This document shows positions 29,211-38,714 of a stretch of 41,435 nucleotides of DNA, in pieces (the first letter of the stretch is position 1; each line of letters starts with the position of its first letter). The translations under genes and the position numbers were made by a program. Under the pieces are notes generated by a model. The model searched no databases. It saw only the letters and a program-made list of their open reading frames with translations, and had not been told where the DNA came from. This DNA is from Metabacillus sp. (GTDB taxonomy: Bacteria; Bacillota; Bacilli; Bacillales; Bacillaceae): positions 1-41,435 of the forward strand of contig DASQMK010000604.1 in NCBI GenBank assembly GCA_035645575.1. The letters are read 5' to 3'.

Positions 29211-30242
29211 ATGAACTTACAAAATACGAAAACTTTAAAAAAACAAGTTGCTCCATTTGAAAAAACAACAACAATGAAAAGTACATGGCAGATCATTAAT
29301 ACAATCGTTCCATTTATTACATTATGGTATCTTGCCTATATATGTCTGTCCGTTTCTTATTGGTTAGCATTAGTGCCAATAGTGTTAGCAGCTGGGTTTT
29401 TGGTAAGAGTCTTTATTATTTTTCATGATTGCACCCATCATTCCTTTTTTAAAAGCCGTCGCGTCAATCGAATAGTTGGAACAGCTATGGGTGTTTTAAC
29501 TTTATTCCCGTTTGATCAATGGGGGCATGAGCATTCTATTCATCACGCTACAAGTGGTAATCTGGATAAGCGTGGTACAGGAGATATTTGGACACTTACA
29601 GTGGATGAGTATTTGGCAGCACGGCTTAGACTTCGTTTAGCATATCGTTTTTATCGTAATCCTTTCGTTATGTTTGGATTGGGGCCAATCTATGTTTTCC
29701 TTCTAAAAAATAGATTTAATCGCAAAGGGGCCAGAAGGAAGGAACGCTTGAATACTTATTTGACGAACGTTTTATTGGTTGCATTAATTGGAATGCTCTG
29801 CTTGACAGTTGGATGGCAGTCGGTGCTTTTAGTACAAGGATCTATTTTCTTGCTATCAGGGTCACTAGGCATTTGGCTGTTTTACGTTCAGCACACTTTT
29901 GAAGATTCTTATTTTGAGGAAAATAAAGAATGGGAATATGTAAAGGCAGCTGTGGAGGGAAGTTCCTTCTATAAGCTTCCAAAATTTATTCAATTCTTGA
30001 CTGGGAATATTGGTTATCACCATGTTCATCATTTAAGCCCTAGAGTCCCAAACTATAAATTAGAAGAAGCACATAATAATACACCTCCATTACAAAACGT
30101 ACCAACAATTACACTTGCTACAAGTTTAAAGTCGCTCCGTTTCCGTTTATGGGATGAAAAAACTAAGAATTTCGTAAGCTTTAAAGACGTTAAAGAGTTA
30201 GCTAAAAAAAGAGTTTCTGTTCAAATAAAACCTGAATTGTAA
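29211..30242 (+). CDS. des: Membrane fatty acid desaturase (Des, delta-5 type)
   Basis: His boxes HDCTH, HSIHH, HHVHH; QHTFEDSYFE. Confidence 0.93.
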   Translation: MNLQNTKTLKKQVAPFEKTTTMKSTWQIINTIVPFITLWYLAYICLSVSYWLALVPIVLAAGFLVRVFIIFHDCTHHSFFKSRRVNRIVGTAMGVLTLFPFDQWGHEHSIHHATSGNLDKRGTGDIWTLTVDEYLAARLRLRLAYRFYRNPFVMFGLGPIYVFLLKNRFNRKGARRKERLNTYLTNVLLVALIGMLCLTVGWQSVLLVQGSIFLLSGSLGIWLFYVQHTFEDSYFEENKEWEYVKAAVEGSSFYKLPKFIQFLTGNIGYHHVHHLSPRVPNYKLEEAHNNTPPLQNVPTITLATSLKSLRFRLWDEKTKNFVSFKDVKELAKKRVSVQIKPEL

Positions 30243-30255
30243 CTTTACTAAATAG

Positions 30256-30285
30256 AGCTCCCCATTATTTATGGGGAGTTTCTGT
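30256..30285 (+). terminator. Hairpin after des
   Basis: ctcccca-ttattta-tggggag followed by tttctgttt. Confidence 0.6.
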
Positions 30286-30317
30286 TTAATAGTAGCTTTC
30301 AGAAGGAGAGAACTAAA

Positions 30318-30860
30318 ATGATTCGAATTGTCATTGCTGAAGATCAGGAGATGCTGTTAGGGGTAATAGGTTCCCTTCTTAATTTGGAAGAGGATATGGA
30401 AGTGGTTGGTCGGGCTAGGAATGGGGAAGAGGCTGTTACTCTTGTGTACCGATTGCAGCCTGATGTTTGTATCATGGATATAGAAATGCCTAAAATGAGC
30501 GGACTTCAGGCAGCTGAAGCATTAATGCCAGCTGGATGCAAGGTAATCATTTTAACAACATTTGCTAGGAATGGTTATATAGACCGTGCACTAAAAGCTG
30601 GTGTAAATGGCTATTTATTGAAGGATAATCCAAGCAAGGAGTTAATCTGCTCAATCCGCAGCATTATGGATGGAAAACAAATTTACTCCCCCGAACTAAT
30701 GGATATTTCAAGAGATAGTAGACTTGGAACTGAAGTGTTAGAACTGTTTGACGATGGTCAAACTATAGATAAAACCTCTAATGGACCTAGAAACAAAAAG
30801 GGATCTGTGAGGAATTATTTTTCAGCAATTATTGATAAAATAAAGTTACAGACTGGTTAG
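30318..30860 (+). CDS. DesR-like NarL-family response regulator with a degenerate, truncated HTH
   Basis: IAEDQEMLLG, DVCIMDIEMP, ILTTFAR, YLLKD match DesR; the C-terminus keeps EVLEL...GSVRNYFS.I..K and then stops early. Confidence 0.8.
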   Translation: MIRIVIAEDQEMLLGVIGSLLNLEEDMEVVGRARNGEEAVTLVYRLQPDVCIMDIEMPKMSGLQAAEALMPAGCKVIILTTFARNGYIDRALKAGVNGYLLKDNPSKELICSIRSIMDGKQIYSPELMDISRDSRLGTEVLELFDDGQTIDKTSNGPRNKKGSVRNYFSAIIDKIKLQTG

Positions 30861-30964
30861 GAATAGTTTTTTAGTTACCATAAAATAACAAACAGAACAG
30901 GCCTGCAAAATAAATTGATCCCATCACAATCTGTGGTGTTCATGGCATAAATAAATTAGATAGT

Positions 30965-31005
30965 AAAAGGGACCTTCTTTTATATTATGAGAGGGTCCTT
31001 TTTAT
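30965..31005 (+). terminator. Terminator-like hairpin after the regulator
   Basis: aaaagggacc...ggtccttttt. Confidence 0.55.
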
Positions 31006-31341
31006 CTTAATATTAGTTTTTAACACTTTGCAACCTAATGTGTAGCTTAAAGAGATGAACATCTTTTCTCTCGGTCTTAAAAAATATGGATAGAGTATAC
31101 AGAGGATGTTGAGTTGAATCCTGGCGATAGTTTGTCTAATCGAATATAAAGCCCCTGAAGATTCAGATTTAGATAAGAATGGATCACTTTACGAGTTTTT
31201 GCAGGATAATATGCCAGATCTATTAGAGGGATCAAAAATCAGATAGAACTTTACAAAGTTTTTAAATGATCAAAATGGGAATGTCTAGTGGTACACGGGG
31301 ACAGGTACATCGTCCCTCTATTTTTGGTAGGGTAATACGTA

Positions 31342-31399
31342 GAAGTAGGGACGGTTCTTTTGTTTTCAGTCATGAAGTAAAAGAACCGTCCTTCTGTTT
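31342..31399. repeat. REP-like palindromic repeat, copy 2
   Basis: gaagtagggacggttcttttgttttca-gtca-tgaagtaaaagaaccgtccttctgttt; stem ggacggttctttt/aaaagaaccgtcc. Confidence 0.75.
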
Positions 31400-31402
31400 C
31401 TA

Positions 31403-32341
31403 CTATTGTATTTTTAAAATCCTATCTATTTCACGTCCGTAACCATCGACTTCCAATCGATCCTTGTAAACCCGAACAATCGAGTAGGAATTCGTGTCAT
31501 CGGTTTCGACCATTCCTTTAAGGTTTACATAGTGGATTCCGTTTTTCACTCCATAATTGCCTGCGTGATTATGTCCGTTGAAATAAGCAACAACATTACC
31601 GGCTGCTTCTAGTTCTGCGATGACCGCTTCATCATTCCAAACATTGTGATTATTTTCAGGGTACACAGGCATGTGAGACAATACCACAACTTTTTCTTGT
31701 CTTTGTGACGCTTTTTCCAGAACTCCGCGAAGCCATGTTAACTGTTCCTCGCTGACTCCGCCATTCCATGTTTGAGCATTGATTTCATTAGTAGCCTTTA
31801 ACGAATTGTACATCTCTTGGGCTTGTTGGTATTTTTCTGAATCTACCGGGTTCGCGTAAAGGCTAAGGTCATTGGTATCAAGCACAACAAAGCGCCAGTT
31901 TTTGAATTTGAAATCATAATATTGGTTCTTCATGCCGAGTATGTCAACCACTTCGTCGGTTGTCACTGGGAAGTCATGGTTGCCAAGGACATGATACTTC
32001 GGGCCTTCTATAGTATTGTAGATTGGAAGAATGTCAGAAAAGCTGGAAAGGTTTCTGTCGATTAAATCACCCGTTTGAACAGTGAAATCGACCTCTTGAC
32101 TGTTAAACGTTTGAGCGGCTTCCATCAGCTTGTCCAATGAATTCGTATAATAGCGCGTACCATTTATTTCGCAGTCACAATACTGGGCATCCGGAACAAT
32201 TCCAAATTCGAATTTTGGCTTTTCTTCGTTTTTAGCAAATGCGGATGTAGCACCTGTAAGGGCCATCCCAAGTACGGCCGCCGCCGTTAAAAACTTCAAT
32301 TTGTTTCTATGTACTTTTCTTCCTTTTTGCTCATTCAACAT
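31403..32341 (-). CDS. Secreted metallophosphoesterase, Mn-dependent ADP-ribose/CDP-alcohol diphosphatase-like
   Basis: Signal peptide ending AFA; PDAQY, GDLID, GNHD, SHMP, GHNH; WNGG and KGMVET subfamily-like motifs. Start at ATG 32341 after GAAAGGAG. Confidence 0.82.
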   Translation of the reverse strand: MLNEQKGRKVHRNKLKFLTAAAVLGMALTGATSAFAKNEEKPKFEFGIVPDAQYCDCEINGTRYYTNSLDKLMEAAQTFNSQEVDFTVQTGDLIDRNLSSFSDILPIYNTIEGPKYHVLGNHDFPVTTDEVVDILGMKNQYYDFKFKNWRFVVLDTNDLSLYANPVDSEKYQQAQEMYNSLKATNEINAQTWNGGVSEEQLTWLRGVLEKASQRQEKVVVLSHMPVYPENNHNVWNDEAVIAELEAAGNVVAYFNGHNHAGNYGVKNGIHYVNLKGMVETDDTNSYSIVRVYKDRLEVDGYGREIDRILKIQ

Positions 32342-32373
32342 AAAGATTCTCCTTTCTTTATCACCAGTAATCA

Positions 32374-33240
32374 TTATTTATTGCCATTTAAATAGGGCTG
32401 TTCACGGTCCAATACAATTTCAGCAGTGATTGGGAGATGGTCTGAAGCCAAACTTTGAATTACTTCAGCACTCACTGTTTCGATGTCATTTGATGTAAAG
32501 ATATAATCGATACGCTTTGTAGGATTTTCAGCAGAATAAGTAAAAGCAGTCGGCTGATCTGCAAAAACATCAAGATAATTATCATACAAAGATTTCATTT
32601 CATTGCTTTCTGGAGTTGCATTTAAATCTCCTACAATCACTTTTGGTCCTGCTGATTGGTTTGCAATATCTACAACCTCATTGATTTGGATTTCACGTTC
32701 AGCAGGTGTTAACGCCAAGTGGGTGTTATACACATGCAAATGGTTACCCTTCACATTGATTGTTGCTTCTAACAGACCGCGCTGTTCAGTGTTTCCGATT
32801 TTTGTTAAGGAATGATTTTCAGATGATAGTATTGGATATTTACTTAAAATAGCTGTGCCATATTGACGACGCTCGTCTCCATCATTTAAAGGGTCATAGT
32901 CAAGGTTTGCTGCATAGGTGTAAAACATGCCAAGACGATCTGCCAGTAATTTTGTCTGGTCTTGAAAATCACTACGGCTTGACCAATGATTGTCCACCTC
33001 TTGTAAGCCAACAATATCTATATTGGATTCTTCGATGATTTTTGCAATTCGTTCTAAGTCTAGAACATCGTCTTCACCTACAGCATGGTGCATATTGAAG
33101 GACATTACTTTAAGGTTTACCGGTTTACCATGTCCAAAGGCAAAAGTGTTATTACTAAGACCTAATGCTAGCAAAATCACTGCTATTACACTGAGTAAAG
33201 TCCATTTCCTGCTTTTTATCCCTTTTAATCCAACCACCAT
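32374..33240 (-). CDS. Secreted endonuclease/exonuclease/phosphatase (EEP) family protein
   Basis: VMSFN, GLQEVD, NTHL, GDLN, RIDYIF, SDHLP; N-terminal signal peptide. Confidence 0.88.
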   Translation of the reverse strand: MVVGLKGIKSRKWTLLSVIAVILLALGLSNNTFAFGHGKPVNLKVMSFNMHHAVGEDDVLDLERIAKIIEESNIDIVGLQEVDNHWSSRSDFQDQTKLLADRLGMFYTYAANLDYDPLNDGDERRQYGTAILSKYPILSSENHSLTKIGNTEQRGLLEATINVKGNHLHVYNTHLALTPAEREIQINEVVDIANQSAGPKVIVGDLNATPESNEMKSLYDNYLDVFADQPTAFTYSAENPTKRIDYIFTSNDIETVSAEVIQSLASDHLPITAEIVLDREQPYLNGNK

Positions 33241-33290
33241 TCATTACCTCCTTATAAAATTTTGATTACTATTTGATGCTAACAAACGAA

Positions 33291-33351
33291 ATTTAAGCCT
33301 TTATTGAGTCAATGTAAAAACGGAATTTAGGTTCTATTACATGTTTGTTAA
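33291..33351 (-). promoter_or_regulatory. Pho box array upstream of the EEP/metallophosphoesterase operon
   Basis: Minus strand TTAACA-N5-GTAATA-N5-TAAATT-N5-TTTACA-N5-TCAATA-N5-TTAAAT; resembles the glpQ box. Confidence 0.6.
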
Positions 33352-33439
33352 GCCAAGCCGTATTGCCCGTGTATATATTCCTAAGGGAGGGGAGTTGCCA
33401 CGACTAAACCTGCAATTTGGACAAGCATTAACATAGAAG

Positions 33440-33712
33440 TAAACATAAGGTAGGTTATAAATATTTATATTAAAAAATGTAAGGAATGCCAACAAAGGGA
33501 TGAGTGTATCTAAAATAGGGCTATAAGAATTCTTGCAGAATTTTACTTAGTATCAAAAACTGAGTAGTTCATAGAAAAGTAGCTTCCATAGAAGGGAAAT
33601 TCGGAGTTCAAAAGGTTTCAGGGTCTATAACGAGCTAGGGGGGAGAGGTGTGTCTATGCAAGTAAATTAGCTTTAATAGCAGTCAAGATATGAATGGCAG
33701 TTTTAGTAGCGT
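33440..33712 (+). pseudogene. Decayed C-terminal fragment of an IS1182-like DDE transposase
   Basis: Fragments in different frames: KKCKECQQRDECI, ASIEGKFG, KRFQGL*RARG, KLALIAV. Confidence 0.55.
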
Positions 33713-33871
33713 AATAATAGGGAAAACCACAATGGTTTTCCCTTCAAAGGTAGAATTCATTAGATTTAAGTATTGAACCTGAAAATTGCCATTAACTAAA
33801 ATTGGTTAATTATAAACGTTATTTTATCACCAGCCTCCAAGCGTCCCACTGTCCTCAAACACTTTAACGAT

Positions 33872-34630
33872 TCATCCTTTAACAGAGTGCTGGTCAGTTC
33901 TCACCATCTGCTGCTTTGTTGTCGTTAACCCTTTATAAGCAACAGCTCCACATATCGCACCGATAATCGGTCCAAACACATAAACAGGGAACTGTGACCA
34001 GCTGATCGTACCACCTGCTAAACTATTCATCACATAGGGACCAAGTGTTCGAGCGGGGTTAAACGAAGCACCAGTTGTCCCAGCTGTTAACATGATAAGT
34101 CCGCCTACAGTCAATCCAATCACAAGTCCTGCCCAGTTTCCGGGTGCGTCCGAATCAACAGCCATCCCCATAATGACAAACATAAGGACAAATGCTGCGA
34201 TCGCTTCCACAACCATACCTTGCACATAGCCTGTACTTGAACCAAGTGATGTTGCACCTAAACCTCCAAAGTGAACACCATCCATTCCAAGAACAGCAAC
34301 AATTGTCATTGCGCCGATGATACCGCCAACGCACTGAGCGATGAGATAGGCGGGAACCTCTTTCCAAGCAAAGTGACCAGTGACTGCTAAACCAATTGTA
34401 ACGGCAGGGTTAATATGACAACCTGAGATTCTTCCAATTGTAAAAATCATCGCCATGACGACAATTGCAAAGGCAACACTTATCACGCCGATATCCGCAA
34501 GCGTTGTCGCCACATTATTACTTGCTGTAATGACCCCATTAAACGCCGCTGTTCCAGCACCAATGAGCACGAGTAAAGCAGTTCCAATACCTTCAGCCAC
34601 ACATCGTTTGAACAGAACTGGGGGTTCCAT
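33872..34630 (-). CDS. MIP/aquaporin family channel
   Basis: SGCHINPAVT and SFNPART motifs; six TM helices; GGAGG RBS directly after the fdhA stop. Confidence 0.92.
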   Translation of the reverse strand: MEPPVLFKRCVAEGIGTALLVLIGAGTAAFNGVITASNNVATTLADIGVISVAFAIVVMAMIFTIGRISGCHINPAVTIGLAVTGHFAWKEVPAYLIAQCVGGIIGAMTIVAVLGMDGVHFGGLGATSLGSSTGYVQGMVVEAIAAFVLMFVIMGMAVDSDAPGNWAGLVIGLTVGGLIMLTAGTTGASFNPARTLGPYVMNSLAGGTISWSQFPVYVFGPIIGAICGAVAYKGLTTTKQQMVRTDQHSVKG

Positions 34631-34642
34631 GACAGACCTCCT

Positions 34643-35857
34643 CTATTTTACAAGTCCATGAGGGTCAATGACAAACTTTCTCGCTGCACCTTGATCAAAC
34701 TCTTGGTAGCCTCTTGGTGCATCTTCTAATGAAATAACAGTTGCATTTACGGCTTTCGCAATTTGTGCTCTTCCACTTAAAATGGCCGCCATTAAGTCAC
34801 GGTGGTATTTCATCACAGGTGTTTGCCCGGTAACAAAGGTATGTGCTTTTGCCCAACCAAGGCCAAGACGCACTTTTAATGTCCCGATTTGTGCATCTTC
34901 ATCAATTCCACCAGGATCCCCGGTTACATAAAGCCCTGGAATACCAAGTCTACCGCCAGCCCGTGTTACGGTCATAATTGAATTAAGTACGGTTGCGGGC
35001 GCTTCGCCTGCATTTGCTCCATGTCCTGATGCTTCAAATCCCACGCAGTCAACGGCACAGTCGACTTCAGGAACCCCTAAAATTTGTTCGATTTGCTCAC
35101 CAAGATCCGGATGTTCACGAAGGTTTACAGTTTCACATCCAAAGCTTTTTGCTTGTTGAAGACGCTCCGCGTTCATGTCACCGACAATGACGACAGCGGC
35201 ACCGAGTAATTGAGCTGAGTGCGCTGCTGCTAAGCCAACCGGACCTGCTCCCGCAATATAAACCGTCGAACCTGGTTTGACTCCGGCACTGACTGCACCA
35301 TGATAACCTGTTGGAAATATATCTGAAAGCATGGTTAAATCTTTTATTTTTTCCATTGCCTGATCTTTATCCGGGAATTTTAATAGCTGGAAATCAGCAT
35401 ACGGAACCATTACATATTCAGACTGACCTCCGACCCATCCGCCCATATCAACATAGCCATACGCTGAACCCGGACGATCTGGATTTACATTTTCACATAT
35501 ATGAGTGTCACGCTCTTTACAGCTGCGACAGCGCCCACAAGCAATATTAAATGGCACAGATACGAGATCACCTTTTTTAATGAACTCAACATCACTTCCA
35601 ACTTCAATGACTTCACCTGTAATTTCGTGTCCAAGAATAAGTCCAGTTGGAGCGGTTGTTCTTCCGCGCACCATATGTTGATCACTTCCACAAATGTTCG
35701 TTGTGACAACTTTTAAAATCACACCATGGTTACATTTACGACCAACATTCAGTGGATTAACACCTGGGCCATCTCTTAACACTAAATCGGGATATCCTAT
35801 ATCCTGTATTTCCACCTTACCTGGTTTTATGTACGCGACTGCTCTGTTTCCACTCAT
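34643..35857 (-). CDS. fdhA: Glutathione-independent formaldehyde dehydrogenase (Zn, MDR family)
   Basis: MSGNRAVAY..., NICGSDQHMVRGRT, GHEITGE, AYGYVDMGGWVGGQ, LSDIFPTG, GQTPVMKY, as in P. putida FdhA. Start at ATG 35857 after a GGGGG RBS. Confidence 0.93.
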   Translation of the reverse strand: MSGNRAVAYIKPGKVEIQDIGYPDLVLRDGPGVNPLNVGRKCNHGVILKVVTTNICGSDQHMVRGRTTAPTGLILGHEITGEVIEVGSDVEFIKKGDLVSVPFNIACGRCRSCKERDTHICENVNPDRPGSAYGYVDMGGWVGGQSEYVMVPYADFQLLKFPDKDQAMEKIKDLTMLSDIFPTGYHGAVSAGVKPGSTVYIAGAGPVGLAAAHSAQLLGAAVVIVGDMNAERLQQAKSFGCETVNLREHPDLGEQIEQILGVPEVDCAVDCVGFEASGHGANAGEAPATVLNSIMTVTRAGGRLGIPGLYVTGDPGGIDEDAQIGTLKVRLGLGWAKAHTFVTGQTPVMKYHRDLMAAILSGRAQIAKAVNATVISLEDAPRGYQEFDQGAARKFVIDPHGLVK

Positions 35858-35905
35858 TTTGCAATTCCCCCTTAAGATAAATGTTAGGTAGTTCACTTTA
35901 CATAT

Positions 35906-35922
35906 TGCAAGAAGCGTGCCAA
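35906..35922 (-). promoter_or_regulatory. Sigma-54 (SigL) -24/-12 promoter for fdhA-aquaporin
   Basis: Minus strand TTGGCACGCTTCTTGCA = consensus TGGCACG-N4-TTGC. Confidence 0.9.
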
Positions 35923-35989
35923 GATCCAAACTTTTATTTAGAGCCACTTTTTATGATGAGTGGGTATTAAACCTGCTTATTTTCTGAAC

Positions 35990-36018
35990 AACAACTGTCC
36001 TATTTTAGGACAGTTGTT
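35990..36018. promoter_or_regulatory. Upstream activating sequence for the sigma-54 activator
   Basis: Perfect 13-bp inverted repeat aacaactgtccta-ttt-taggacagttgtt, about 70-95 bp upstream of the -24 element. Confidence 0.7.
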
Positions 36019-36096
36019 CATTTAAACTTGGAAATATTTAACCAAGTAGTATAATAGACTTAGAGTAAACGTTACTATTTAAAGGGGGACAAGCAA

Positions 36097-37860
36097 ATGC
36101 TACAGTGGAACCTTGTAGAGCGGGTTGATATAATTGACCGTTCTTGGAAGCGTTGTCAAAACTTTGGACTTTCACCCTCCGATCCTATGGATGACTCAAT
36201 TTTAACCGGTAATGCCTTACAGGAGGTATTAACTGAAAATCAGTCGATGATTCACCACGCAACATGTATTTTAGAAACCCTTTATCCTGCCATTCACTCA
36301 CACGGACTCGTCACAGTGATTGTTGATCGAAATGGAACCATTATTCACAAAGTAGGTCATCTGGATCGTAATGAAACGATGGATTATTTGCCAGTTGGTT
36401 CCAATTGGTCTGAAAAAAGAAAAGGAACCAATGCGATGGGGCTCGCCATCTATGAAAAGAAACCAATCATAACGCATGCTGAGCACCATTTCTATGTGAA
36501 AAACCACTTTCTTACCTGTGCAGCAAGTCCCATTTATTCTCCTAACGGCGAGTTAATTGGTGCGATTAATATTAGTGCAAAAAAAGAGATGTATCACCCT
36601 TTTACGATTTCCTTAACAACAATGATGGCTGAAAGTATACAGACCCGGCTACTTCTTGACCAGACGAAGCAAGAAAAAGTGTTAGCATTAAAAGAACTTG
36701 AGGTAACATCAAACTTATCAACCGTTCCGCTTCTTACCCTTGACCGTGAAAATACGATCATTCGCGCTAATCAAAAAGCCCGCTTAGTCTTAGGAGAAGA
36801 TTGCATTGGTGATGAGTTTCATGTCGCAAAAGGTTACTCGGTTGAGGTCATCTCTAATCAATCACAAAAAGTTTACAGCTCCGTTGTTTCGTTAAACAAA
36901 GCAAACAAGGAGGACGAGCCGGCAAAGAAACTATACAGCACCTCAGATATCATTGGCTCTTGTCCTAAAATAGAAAAGGTTCGAAATATGATTAAAAAGG
37001 CAGCTGTTTTTGATTACCCTGTCATTATTTACGGGAAAAGCGGGACAGGAAAGGAACTTATTGCACAATCATTACATAGCCATGGCTCACGATTCGGGCA
37101 ACCATTTGTAGCTGTGAATTGTAGCGCGATCCCTGAAAATCTTATCGAAAGTGAATTATTTGGCTACGAAAAAGGAGCATTTACAGGGGCGAATCAAAAA
37201 GGATCTCCAGGAAAATTTGAAGCAGCAAATGGGGGAACCATCTTTCTTGACGAAATTGGTGATATGTCCTTAAAGGCCCAAGCGGCTTTACTCCGTGTCT
37301 TACAAGAAAATATTGTTACACGAGTCGGCGGTGTCAAAGTCATCCCGATTAACACAAGGGTTATCGTGGCTACAAACAAAAATTTACGTGAAGAAATGAA
37401 AGCAGGGCGGTTTCGAGAGGACTTGTACTACCGACTTAAGGGGATTTTCATTACCCTTCCGCCACTGAAAGACAGAACCGACATCCTTGAATTAGCTGAG
37501 CATTTCATTCAAACATTAGACTATTCATCACTCTCGTTATCGAATGAAGCAAAGCAAAAAATCCTCGCCTATCATTGGCCGGGAAACATCAGAGAACTTA
37601 AAAGTGTCCTCATCCAAGCCTCCTTTTTGGCTGTAGAAAACGAGATTAAGGCGGATGATTTACACTTTGAAGATGTGTATGAACAGGAAACTCAGCAACT
37701 AGACATTGTAGAAAAAAAACCGTCTTCACTAGGACAGACGGAAAAAGGGGCCATCATCCAAGCTCTTACATCAGCTGGTTGGAATATAAGCAAAGCAGCA
37801 AGGATGTTGAAGATTAGTCGAAATACGCTATATCTTAAAATGAAGAAGTATGAGTTGTGA
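36097..37860 (+). CDS. AcoR-like sigma-54-dependent activator (GAF + AAA+ + Fis HTH)
   Basis: SWKRC, WSEKRKGTNAMG, CAASPI (AcoR-type GAF); GKSGTGKE, ESELFG, GAFTGA, FLDEIG; WNISKAARMLKISRNTLY. Confidence 0.92.
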   Translation: MLQWNLVERVDIIDRSWKRCQNFGLSPSDPMDDSILTGNALQEVLTENQSMIHHATCILETLYPAIHSHGLVTVIVDRNGTIIHKVGHLDRNETMDYLPVGSNWSEKRKGTNAMGLAIYEKKPIITHAEHHFYVKNHFLTCAASPIYSPNGELIGAINISAKKEMYHPFTISLTTMMAESIQTRLLLDQTKQEKVLALKELEVTSNLSTVPLLTLDRENTIIRANQKARLVLGEDCIGDEFHVAKGYSVEVISNQSQKVYSSVVSLNKANKEDEPAKKLYSTSDIIGSCPKIEKVRNMIKKAAVFDYPVIIYGKSGTGKELIAQSLHSHGSRFGQPFVAVNCSAIPENLIESELFGYEKGAFTGANQKGSPGKFEAANGGTIFLDEIGDMSLKAQAALLRVLQENIVTRVGGVKVIPINTRVIVATNKNLREEMKAGRFREDLYYRLKGIFITLPPLKDRTDILELAEHFIQTLDYSSLSLSNEAKQKILAYHWPGNIRELKSVLIQASFLAVENEIKADDLHFEDVYEQETQQLDIVEKKPSSLGQTEKGAIIQALTSAGWNISKAARMLKISRNTLYLKMKKYEL

Positions 37861-38039
37861 AGCGAGGGGAAGGTTCAAGACTGATGATAATGAAGCAAAA
37901 CAACTCTTAGAGGAAGAAGATTAAAGAGAATAGTTTGGAAGTTAGAGCTAATTCTTTGATAAGAGTAAGCTAATTTATATACAATATCTCTTGAACAAAC
38001 TTGGTTTTTGTAATCTATGAAGAAGAGGATGATTTCAAC

Positions 38040-38714
38040 ATGAGTAATCATGACGCTAAAAAACAAGATATCCTTGCTGCATTCAATTTTCGCCATGCAA
38101 CTAAGGTATTTGATCCAACGAAGAAAATTTCCGATGAAGATTTTAGATTCATTTTAGAAACAGGCCGTTTGTCTCCAAGTTCAGTTGGATATGAGCCGTG
38201 GAAATTCCTTGTTGTACAAAATAAGGAGTTTCGTGAAAAGCTAAGAGAGGTTTCATGGGGTGCCCAAGGACAACTGCCGACTGCAAGTCATTTTGTTATT
38301 ATTCTTGCACGTACAGATGTAAGATATGATTCTGAGTATGTCCAGCAGTTGCAAAAGCATGTGAAGCAGATGCCTGATGATTTACTTGAGACATTGAAGC
38401 CTAGATATAGAAGCTTTCAAGAGGAAGATCAGCATCTGTTTGAAAGCGACCGGGCATTGTATGACTGGGCAAGCAAGCAAACATATATTGCACTAGGCAA
38501 TATGATGACAGCTGCGGCGCAAATCGGCATTGACTCTTGTCCGATTGAAGGCTTTAGTTATGACAAAGTAAATGAGCTTTTGGCGAAGGAAGGGCTTCTT
38601 GAAGATGGCAAGCTTGCTGTATCAGCTATGGTTGCCTTCGGCTATCGAAAAGAGGATCCGGCACGTCCAAAAACTCGTCGGGCTATGGAAGATGTTGTAG
38701 AGTGGATTAAGTAA
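38040..38714 (+). CDS. NAD(P)H-dependent nitroreductase (YfkO/NfsB-like)
   Basis: FRHATKVFD, GRLSPSSVGYEPWKF, DSCPIEG, FGYR; start moved to ATG 38040 after GAGGA. Confidence 0.9.
   Translation: MSNHDAKKQDILAAFNFRHATKVFDPTKKISDEDFRFILETGRLSPSSVGYEPWKFLVVQNKEFREKLREVSWGAQGQLPTASHFVIILARTDVRYDSEYVQQLQKHVKQMPDDLLETLKPRYRSFQEEDQHLFESDRALYDWASKQTYIALGNMMTAAAQIGIDSCPIEGFSYDKVNELLAKEGLLEDGKLAVSAMVAFGYRKEDPARPKTRRAMEDVVEWIK

Noticed and set aside
35858-35947. N-terminal extension of FdhA in the ORF track
   Set aside because: It runs through the sigma-54 promoter; homology and RBS support ATG 35857.
34155-37379. Short ORFs within the aquaporin, fdhA and activator genes
   Set aside because: Alternative-frame or antisense shadows.
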